From a virus, in the IMG/VR virus record IMGVR_UViG_3300008116_003012, positions 55,007-119,006 of that record: DNA of 64,000 nt. One strand, given 5' to 3'. Below the pieces are notes generated by a model. The model did not search any database. It saw only the letters and a program-made list of their open reading frames with translations, and was not told the origin of the DNA. The position numbers and the translations under genes are program-made. Positions 57,446-64,000 of the stretch are shown piece by piece (the stretch's first letter is position 1; every line of letters begins with the position of its first letter).

Positions 57446-59533
57446 TTAAGTTGCTGTACCAGCAACGGTATTCCAAGCAGTTGCTCCTCTAACCTGCATA
57501 CCTGTACCAGTAACAAATACCATCATTCCTACAGTAGGTGTTGGAATTGCAGTATCTCTATCACCAGTAGTTGCATATACTGGCAATTTATGAGCTACAC
57601 CAGCTTCTACAACTCTTGCACTTAATGTTCCGTTCTCAGCAAGAACCATTTGATATGCAGCATCTGCAGGATCTCTAGTGCCATCTGTTGTAGAAAATAC
57701 TAGTCGTCCAGCAGTTAGACCTGTTCCAGATGGTGTTCCAGTTCCTACTTTAGACTCAATAAATGTACTTAAACCGTAATCTTGATCAACAGAATTATAT
57801 GCTTTTGCTATTAAAGCATATGCAGTATCTCCTGTAGCAACAGCAACAGGAGTTAAAGGATTAGCTCCTCTACGAGTTGAGAATTCTATACCAGTACTGA
57901 ATACTTCTTCTCCTGTGCCAACGTTAGTAAAAGTACTACCTAATATAGATAGTGCTATTCCTATAGAAGTAGGTTTTTCAATAATTAAAGCACTACTAGA
58001 TATTTCACCTACACTTAATGATGCGTCTACTGGATTAAACACTACATTAGATGCATCATCTAAAAGACCAATGTTGTAAGAACCTGAAAGGTTTACAGGT
58101 CCGTTAACCCAAGACACACCATTCCATTCTAATACATGTCCAGCAGCTAAAGCAATACCTCCAATAATAACTTCATTTAAAGAGTCTATACTTAAAGCCG
58201 TGTTAGCCCAATCTGTACCATTCCAGGCTAATACTTGATTAGCAGCTAATGTTCCTGGATTAATTGCAAAATCTGCAAGATCAGCAATCCCTAGACTTGC
58301 ATTTTCCCAGACGTTTGAACCAACATACTTTAAGAATTGTCCTTGAGTAAGACCTAGAGTTAATGTAACATCTGATAGGTCTCCTACTGCTGGAGCTGTT
58401 TCGTCTTGATTGCTCCAGTTAGTTCCGTCATACTTTAACACTTGTCCTTGAGCTAGTGTAAGACTATTTACAATAACATCTGTTAAATTGTTTAATGCAG
58501 TTACTTCGGTACTGTTGATCCAGCTTGAAGTTATTTGATCGTATTTTAGAATATCTCCATCACCAGGAGTTAGAGAAACTGCAACACCGGTAATATCACC
58601 AAAATTTATAGTCGGAGTACCGTTGACCCAACTGAATCCGTCCCATTTAACTACTTGATCAGCGACTGGTGTTCCGGTAATAATAACATCTGATAGTGCG
58701 TCTAATGTAGAGCCGCCGCCACTTGTTGCGTCAGTATCATTGGTCCAATTTTCGCCATCATACTTTAATACTTGTCCAGCAGCAAGTATTCCTGAAATTA
58801 TAATAACATTGCTTAATTCATCTAGTGCAGGAGGTGGTGGAGGTAAACCTATATCATCAGTTCCATTTTCCCAATTAGTACCATTAAACTTTAACACTTG
58901 TCCTGTTGTAGGAGTGCCGGAAAGAACAACATCAGTTAGTCCGTCAAGATTAGTAGCACCACCAGTGCCAGCGTCATCGGCACCGTTAACCCAATTAGTA
59001 CCATTAAACTTTAACACTTGTCCTGTTGTAGGTGTGCCAGAAATAACAACATCGCCTAGCTCGTCAAGAGTAGCGGCTCCACCGCCAGTTCCGACAGCAT
59101 CAGTTCCATTGACCCAATTAGTACCGTTCCATTTTATAACTTGACCAGTAGTCGGTGTGCCTGTAATGACAACATCAGTTAGTTCATCAAGAGTAACGGC
59201 TCCGCCGCCAGTTGCAGTTGATGCAATAGTAATTGTATTTGCATCGGATCTAGTAACAGTTACATTGGATCCTGCAGCCAATGTTACATTATCTACACTA
59301 GAATCTGATCCAGTTAATCTTAAATTTGCGCCGCCCGATACAGTTTCTGCGCTAATAGTATATGTAGTGTTAGTGTCGTCGCCACCGGAAAGTGTGTCAA
59401 CTGCTACACCTCCTGCTGTAGTTCCGTCACCTACATATAATTTTTTAGTATCGGTTGTGAAAACAAGTTCACCCTGTAAAGGAGTAAAAAGTTGTCTCTC
59501 AGCGTTTGTTCCTCTACGAATTTGTAATGCCAT
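57446..59533 (-). CDS. Tail fibre / virion fibre protein with ~40-aa repeats
   Basis: N-terminal LQIRRGT...GELVFTTDTKKLYVGDG (Mtd-N-like); about 9 repeats of LxxLxDV...GQVLKW/F/YxGxxWxN; TATAAATA at 59572-59579. Confidence 0.85.
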   Translation of the reverse strand: MALQIRRGTNAERQLFTPLQGELVFTTDTKKLYVGDGTTAGGVAVDTLSGGDDTNTTYTISAETVSGGANLRLTGSDSSVDNVTLAAGSNVTVTRSDANTITIASTATGGGAVTLDELTDVVITGTPTTGQVIKWNGTNWVNGTDAVGTGGGAATLDELGDVVISGTPTTGQVLKFNGTNWVNGADDAGTGGATNLDGLTDVVLSGTPTTGQVLKFNGTNWENGTDDIGLPPPPPALDELSNVIIISGILAAGQVLKYDGENWTNDTDATSGGGSTLDALSDVIITGTPVADQVVKWDGFSWVNGTPTINFGDITGVAVSLTPGDGDILKYDQITSSWINSTEVTALNNLTDVIVNSLTLAQGQVLKYDGTNWSNQDETAPAVGDLSDVTLTLGLTQGQFLKYVGSNVWENASLGIADLADFAINPGTLAANQVLAWNGTDWANTALSIDSLNEVIIGGIALAAGHVLEWNGVSWVNGPVNLSGSYNIGLLDDASNVVFNPVDASLSVGEISSSALIIEKPTSIGIALSILGSTFTNVGTGEEVFSTGIEFSTRRGANPLTPVAVATGDTAYALIAKAYNSVDQDYGLSTFIESKVGTGTPSGTGLTAGRLVFSTTDGTRDPADAAYQMVLAENGTLSARVVEAGVAHKLPVYATTGDRDTAIPTPTVGMMVFVTGTGMQVRGATAWNTVAGTAT
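58870..59032. repeat. 43-bp exact direct repeat, 120-bp period, within the tail fibre repeats
   Basis: cccaattagtaccattaaactttaacacttgtcctgttgtagg at 58870-58912 and 58990-59032. Confidence 0.9.
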
Positions 59534-59606
59534 ATTAATAACTCCCGGTATTGTTGTTACCTTCTTTATTATATTTATATCTTTGGCGTACTAAATGGCG
59601 TTCAAT

Positions 59607-59631
59607 AAAAAAGGGCTCCTAAGAGCCCTTT
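59607..59631 (-). terminator. Rho-independent terminator ending the early operon before the tail fibre gene
   Basis: AAAGGGCTC-TTAG-GAGCCCTTT followed by a T-run on the minus strand. Confidence 0.85.
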
Positions 59632-59647
59632 AATATGCGTAGTTTAT

Positions 59648-60109
59648 TTACCCAGCAAACCAAATTTGTGTAAAACCTTCTTCTTCTGTAGGCATTTCAA
59701 AGCTGGCAATCATGCTGGCAATAACATGATCTGGAATTTCTTTGCCAGGGCGGCCCATCAATCGACGCATGAGTTCTGTATGCTCAGGTGTTTTAAACAC
59801 CACAGCAATATGCTCATAGTCGGGCAACATAGCAAACTTCTTAGCACGGCTTTTTACAGTTGTGCTAGTTTGATCCCAGATAATATCACGGCCCATTTCT
59901 CGAGCCGAAACTACTTCTTTAGCCATAAGTTCTACAGCAGTAGGCATAAAGTCTGTAAACACTTGACTATAAGTACTGCCAATTTCTTTGGCAAAGATTT
60001 CTACCCATTTGTCTGTGCTAATGTGGGCACAAAGATGCGCCCAGTCTTGAGCTTCGGCCCAGGTACTTTTTCCGCTTGCTGGTACTCCGATTAACTGATA
60101 ACATTTCAT
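59648..60109 (-). CDS. AAA_33 P-loop kinase (polynucleotide-kinase-like)
   Basis: GVPASGKST, ISTD, WDQT and PTEEEGF. Confidence 0.8.
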   Translation of the reverse strand: MKCYQLIGVPASGKSTWAEAQDWAHLCAHISTDKWVEIFAKEIGSTYSQVFTDFMPTAVELMAKEVVSAREMGRDIIWDQTSTTVKSRAKKFAMLPDYEHIAVVFKTPEHTELMRRLMGRPGKEIPDHVIASMIASFEMPTEEEGFTQIWFAG

Positions 60110-60321
60110 AGTTCATCCAATCTTTGTGCGACTAATGCGGCCACAGTTGTTTGTAATTTTTCAATTTCATCTGCGGCTTCATCTAATAGGTTAGCAATTT
60201 TATCAGGTTTCCCTTCTACTACTGCTAACCTACCAGGAATCTGCCTACGGATTTCTGCCCTTTTTCGCAAACGGAATAACAAACTCTGTTCTGCTACAGG
60301 TAAATGGCTTTCATCAATCAT
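60106..60321 (-). CDS. Hypothetical phage protein
   Basis: 71-aa ORF, RLRKRAEIRRQI...LLDEAADEIE. Confidence 0.65.
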   Translation of the reverse strand: MIDESHLPVAEQSLLFRLRKRAEIRRQIPGRLAVVEGKPDKIANLLDEAADEIEKLQTTVAALVAQRLDEL

Positions 60322-60323
60322 TT

Positions 60324-60860
60324 TTAAACTCCTACATAACTAGATGCCATGGCATGTAATTCTGGATCACCCTTGGTCATAACAGCCAACAACAATCTCT
60401 TTTCTTCCAAGTAAGTCCGAGCAAAGGCTGGGTCATGTTGCATGATGCTACGACTGTTGGAGATCAAATCTGCCAACTTGATAGTCTGTGCTTCAGCAGG
60501 TGCTGCCGCAGTGTTCTCACGGTCCATAGCCTTGCGATGAGCACGATTGCCATCTTCGGGCTTAGAAACGTCAGTCAACCATCCAACCAAAGTAGCGATG
60601 TCAGCGCCAAACGCCATATGGATATCAGTGTAAGTGCAACCAGTGTCTTCCACAACATCATGCAACCAAGCGGCCGCAACCATATCCGGAGTGCTACCAG
60701 GAACACTGGCAACGATCTTGGCAACTTCTGCTGGGTGAACGATGTAGGGTTCGCCTGTGTACTTACGCTTTTGACCAACTGCGGCATGAGCAGCCATGGC
60801 ATAGACTTGGGCCTTGCGGACAATGTCCATACCGCTTTGTTCCATTGTAAATCCTTCCAT
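60324..60860 (-). CDS. RelA/SpoT-type HD hydrolase (small alarmone hydrolase / Mesh1-like)
   Basis: AH..Q.RKYTGEPYIVHP, AAWLHDVVEDT and IKLADLISN. Confidence 0.85.
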   Translation of the reverse strand: MEGFTMEQSGMDIVRKAQVYAMAAHAAVGQKRKYTGEPYIVHPAEVAKIVASVPGSTPDMVAAAWLHDVVEDTGCTYTDIHMAFGADIATLVGWLTDVSKPEDGNRAHRKAMDRENTAAAPAEAQTIKLADLISNSRSIMQHDPAFARTYLEEKRLLLAVMTKGDPELHAMASSYVGV

Positions 60861-60886
60861 GCTACTCTCCTTGTTAATAAGTGTAT

Positions 60887-60915
60887 ATTATAGCATGGTT
60901 TTACCATGCTGTCAA
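60887..60915 (-). promoter_or_regulatory. Consensus sigma70 promoter TTGACA-17-TATAAT with a palindromic spacer
   Basis: -35 at 60915-60910, -10 at 60892-60887; AGCATGGT-TTT-ACCATGCT at 60892-60910. Confidence 0.85.
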
Positions 60916-61139
60916 TCGGGATCAGGCATCTTTTCTTCTATGATAATTTCTACTACTAAATGCTTACGGAGCCGCATGAAGTTTTTGAACTTGGCTTGGA
61001 TAACCGCTTCATCATATCCGTCATGATAGGGCACAGTAGCCACTTCTTCGTACGGTTGATCATTTTCATCTAGAGCTATAAACTTTAGTTTTACTTTTCC
61101 AGATTCGGGCTTTTTAAACAGATTTTTGATCCAAGTCAT
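60912..61139 (-). CDS. Hypothetical protein
   Basis: 75-aa ORF in the operon. Confidence 0.6.
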   Translation of the reverse strand: MTWIKNLFKKPESGKVKLKFIALDENDQPYEEVATVPYHDGYDEAVIQAKFKNFMRLRKHLVVEIIIEEKMPDPD

Positions 61140-61147
61140 ACATATAT

Positions 61148-61696
61148 TTACACATGATGTCCTTTAATTTCATTGTCCTTAATCAAGCGGACTGCACGAT
61201 CCATTGAGATAACAATTTCGCCAGTTGAGTCCATGCCCACATCCATACACCTGTATTTTTCCATACCAGTAGATCCACCGTGTAAATGCCCGTGAAAGTG
61301 CAGTGCTCCCTTGTGCATTTGATCCCATTCTAAGATAGGATAGTGAAACATCACAATCTTATGCCCATCATAGGTAATGTCCAAGTAGTCGTGTACTTCT
61401 GCAAATGCACCACGGAATGTTGCATCCATTAATGTCTTGCGATCGTGATTACCACGTACCAAAATCTTTGTTCCATACAGCCGATTGACCATACGACCAG
61501 CATCACTGCCGCTCATAAATGCTACATCACCTAAGATGTAAACGAGGTCGTCTGGCTGTACCTTAGCGTTCCATTCTTCTGCCATTGCATTGTTCATATA
61601 TGCAACATCGTTATTAAATCGTGCTCTTGTCTGCGGACAAAAACTCATTATGTTCTTGTGTCCAAAATGCAGATCGCTTGTTATCCATACCTTCAT
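61148..61696 (-). CDS. Calcineurin-like phosphoesterase
   Basis: SDLHFGH, LGD, GNHD, FHYP and HGHLH. Confidence 0.9.
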   Translation of the reverse strand: MKVWITSDLHFGHKNIMSFCPQTRARFNNDVAYMNNAMAEEWNAKVQPDDLVYILGDVAFMSGSDAGRMVNRLYGTKILVRGNHDRKTLMDATFRGAFAEVHDYLDITYDGHKIVMFHYPILEWDQMHKGALHFHGHLHGGSTGMEKYRCMDVGMDSTGEIVISMDRAVRLIKDNEIKGHHV

Positions 61697-61700
61697 TTTC

Positions 61701-61862
61701 TTATCCTTGAAATTCTATTGCGTTAATCAATATGTCTAATAATTCTCTATTACTTAACGCTTCTAGTGTTTTACGATCGGTAATGGGTTCTACTAGTGTA
61801 CTGTATATTTCAACGCCTTCTTCGATTAAAATCATTAGTTCATCGATTACTAGATTACGCAT
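61701..61862 (-). CDS. Small hypothetical protein (53 aa), below the ORF-track cutoff
   Basis: Manual translation MRNLVIDELMILIEEGVEIYSTLVEPITDRKTLEALSNRELLDILINAIEFQG; fills the operon gap. Confidence 0.55.
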   Translation of the reverse strand: MRNLVIDELMILIEEGVEIYSTLVEPITDRKTLEALSNRELLDILINAIEFQG

Positions 61863-61863
61863 T

Positions 61864-62331
61864 TTAATCTACACTCTTAAAAGTTCGCCAATCATCAATA
61901 TTGGGTTTTTCATCTTCGTCATATGTCCAACCTAATGCTTTCATCATTCGATGCTTGACCAATAGGTTAGGACTACGGAACCGGCCAGTATCCTCGAAGC
62001 CCATCATTACTCCAACCTCACAAACCGCACCCGACCTGCAAATACCTGCAAAGCAGTGAACAACAACGTTCATTCGATTGGCTAGTGCATGTTGCAACAA
62101 GCGAACAAGCTCGTCGGCTTGCTCTTGGCTACACTTCATTGCTTCTTCTAACACTTGATCATTCTTTTCAACATCCAAAAATTCAAAGTTATGAATTTCT
62201 TTGAACTTGTGTGCAGGAGTAGGGCGCCAGCTTGCTGGATCAACAATGCTGATCAGCATTGAGTTCTCTCCGGCTTCGTGATGGAACCTTGTAGGTATAT
62301 CAGCGGCTGCTACATTTTCAATCCATGGCAT
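61864..62331 (-). CDS. Cys-based protein tyrosine / dual-specificity phosphatase-like protein
   Basis: VHCFAGICRSGA (HCx5R) motif. Confidence 0.85.
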   Translation of the reverse strand: MPWIENVAAADIPTRFHHEAGENSMLISIVDPASWRPTPAHKFKEIHNFEFLDVEKNDQVLEEAMKCSQEQADELVRLLQHALANRMNVVVHCFAGICRSGAVCEVGVMMGFEDTGRFRSPNLLVKHRMMKALGWTYDEDEKPNIDDWRTFKSVD

Positions 62332-62340
62332 AATTGCCTC

Positions 62341-62535
62341 CTAAGTTTCTATGTCGATATGTCGACCCTTGTCTAAATCTAGACGAAGATTCCTTGCTAC
62401 TCGTTCTGCTACAATATCTTCAAACTTTCGTCGTTCAATAACTTTACGATAATCTTCGTCTCTTTTATCTTGTAGTGTTCTCTGTTCTAAATTATATTCT
62501 CTAATACGAATTAGATCAGCTCTAGATACTTGCAT
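62341..62535 (-). CDS. Hypothetical protein
   Basis: 64-aa ORF with AGGAG SD; C-terminal KGRHIDI. Confidence 0.55.
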   Translation of the reverse strand: MQVSRADLIRIREYNLEQRTLQDKRDEDYRKVIERRKFEDIVAERVARNLRLDLDKGRHIDIET

Positions 62536-62762
62536 TATATTCTCTCCTTTTTAACGCGGCCAATTCGGCTCGCTTTGTTCCAATCGTAAGCAATGCCATC
62601 TGGGCATAAACCATCTTTGATGCTGTCTACTCCAAACATACCTACAATTTCAAATTCGCTTCCTGTGATACTAACAAAAGCATCAAGAGTCTTAGCATAG
62701 GCCATTGCCGCATCTAAGCTAGGAAATTCTGTTTCTATTTTTTTGTTTATTACTTTGTACAT
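62535..62762 (-). CDS. Hypothetical protein
   Basis: 75-aa ORF starting 6 nt after a consensus -10 box. Confidence 0.65.
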   Translation of the reverse strand: MYKVINKKIETEFPSLDAAMAYAKTLDAFVSITGSEFEIVGMFGVDSIKDGLCPDGIAYDWNKASRIGRVKKERI

Positions 62763-62768
62763 GTATAT

Positions 62769-62797
62769 ATTATACGCTCAAAAGAAAACCCTGTCAA
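62769..62797 (-). promoter_or_regulatory. Consensus sigma70 promoter TTGACA-17-TATAAT
   Basis: -35 at 62797-62792, -10 at 62774-62769. Confidence 0.85.
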
Positions 62798-62817
62798 CTG
62801 TTAAATTGACAGGGTTT
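62780..62817 (-). terminator. Rho-independent terminator overlapping the next promoter
   Basis: 12-bp stem AAACCCTGTCAA / TTGACAGGGTTT with an 8-nt loop, followed by TCTTTT on the minus strand. Confidence 0.75.
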
Positions 62818-62842
62818 AGGGGTGTTGTATTTCTACAACAGT

Positions 62843-64000
62843 TTACGCTAACTTGTAGCGATCGACCATTACAGTCTTAAGCATCACGCCTTCTGGAGTG
62901 AACTGTTCAACATCAGCGCCTAGCAAGCTAGCCATGATAGCTGGACTAAATCCACTAACAAGAGCGGCTCCACTCTTGTCTGCCTTAACTGGAACGTTAT
63001 CACTTGCGTTTAAGTTCCAGAATACAACCTTTGGACATGTGTATCCGGCTGCTTCGAACTTGCGTTCGATCATCGCCATCGCACTGTCGTCATGCTTAAC
63101 ACATTGGTTAAACTGCATGTCGCTCAAGATCAATACCATTGCTGGCATGTCACTTTGCGGTGCATTGCCCTTGACAGCCACGTCAAGGATCTTAGTGAAC
63201 GCGGCGTGCAGGTTAGTGCTCATACCCCAATCACTCTTAACCATTTGTGCAGCCTTTTGGACTACGTTACCCTTTAGGGTCATCAGTGCAGGCTTGTCAC
63301 TGAATGTAAGGAATGTGTCCTTGAACACACCCTTGTTCTTGTCAGCCAAGTACAAGCCAAGGCTAGCTGAAACGTCCATGCAAGTTACACCTGTGTTCTT
63401 ACCAGCTGGGCAGCTCATAGAACCAGATACGTCTACCAATGGTAGAATACTTGCTTCTCCTACGTAGTTTGGCAAAGCTTCCCACTGTGCCACAATGTGA
63501 TCAGTGTCAACCTTGTTCAATTCCATACCGTAGTGATTGATAACACCCTTTAGGACATCATGTGGAAAGATTGCGTTGGCGTTAACCTTAACAGTCTTGT
63601 CACCTGATACTAACTTAGCCACGTATTCAGCGAACTTAGGAGTGTGACGTCCAAAGGCCTTCTTGTAGTTGCGCGATGCCACGGATGGCACATGGTTAAA
63701 GTTGATGTTATCCCAGTCGTTGGCACACATTTGTGTTTCAACAACCTTGGTCATTGCTACCAATGACTTGCGGTACTGCTTTGGAGTCATTCCGAAGAAT
63801 GCTCGTACTTCAGCCGCGATCTTGCCCTTACGTGGAGTCCACTTGGCAGCAAGACCAATTTGTGCTCGAAGTGCATCGCCTAACATTGTGTAGGCAGCAC
63901 TCTTCAAGGCTGGGTTTGAGAAGACAAAGATGTCATCCCAACGCCCTACTTCAGGTACCTTACGTAGCAAAGCTAGTGCGGCATCTGGGTCAGTCTTTTC
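62843..64000 (-). CDS. DUF2828-family protein with C-terminal vWA domain (TROVE-like architecture; 5' partial)
   Basis: GRWDD, AAKWTPR, VDVSGSM (MIDAS), STN, ILSDMQF, VFWNL and VSGFS. Confidence 0.8.
   Translation of the reverse strand, partial: EKTDPDAALALLRKVPEVGRWDDIFVFSNPALKSAAYTMLGDALRAQIGLAAKWTPRKGKIAAEVRAFFGMTPKQYRKSLVAMTKVVETQMCANDWDNINFNHVPSVASRNYKKAFGRHTPKFAEYVAKLVSGDKTVKVNANAIFPHDVLKGVINHYGMELNKVDTDHIVAQWEALPNYVGEASILPLVDVSGSMSCPAGKNTGVTCMDVSASLGLYLADKNKGVFKDTFLTFSDKPALMTLKGNVVQKAAQMVKSDWGMSTNLHAAFTKILDVAVKGNAPQSDMPAMVLILSDMQFNQCVKHDDSAMAMIERKFEAAGYTCPKVVFWNLNASDNVPVKADKSGAALVSGFSPAIMASLLGADVEQFTPEGVMLKTVMVDRYKLA

Noticed and set aside
58100-59230. CRISPR-like or DGR-like repeats
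   Set aside because: The repeats are in-frame coding repeats of the tail fibre without unique spacers. No cas or reverse transcriptase gene is in the window.
881-63893. Numerous antisense or overlapping ORFs in the ORF track (e.g. 881..1108, 14682..15029, 18483..19106, 58740..59594, 60435..60893, 62898..63467)
   Set aside because: They are shadows of well-supported genes on the opposite strand or in another frame, with no motifs or RBS.
1-64000. Stop-codon reassignment (alternative genetic code)
   Set aside because: Genes are full length and densely packed in the standard code, and both broken genes change frame rather than reading through an in-frame stop.

Overview
This window looks like 64 kb of a large T4-like (myovirus/jumbo-type) tailed phage genome read in the standard genetic code. 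I saw no tRNA, rRNA, CRISPR array or IS element. It has four blocks. (1) 1-8.8 kb: late structural genes, including a baseplate-type GTGD protein and a ~2,750-codon tail/baseplate protein broken by a +1 frame change. (2) 8.9-25.5 kb: early/middle host-takeover and repair genes (UvsE, DadA, class II aldolase, QueD, YccA/BI-1, ATP-dependent DNA ligase, ClpP, IF-1, AbrB-like, phosphoesterase) behind near-consensus sigma70 promoters. (3) 25.6-57.4 kb: a visibly AT-rich ~32 kb enzyme island with 9 radical SAM enzymes (one B12-dependent), about 12 2OG-Fe(II)/AspH/TauD-type oxygenases, 2 amidinotransferases, a short DegT aminotransferase, NDP-sugar dehydrogenase and epimerase, and methyltransferase, nitroreductase, kinase-like, SDR-like and glycosyltransferase-like genes. 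Many of its transcription units begin with a T4-late-like TAAATA box, often a few nt before the ATG, and the island abuts a repeat-rich tail fibre gene at 57.4-59.5 kb. (4) 59.6-64 kb: an early cluster with an AAA kinase, a small alarmone hydrolase-like HD protein, phosphatases and a DUF2828 vWA protein. The strongest candidates for new biology are the late-expressed phage tailoring cluster, its guanidino-sugar module, and a structured leader upstream of queD. All protein assignments come from motif recognition, not database searches.
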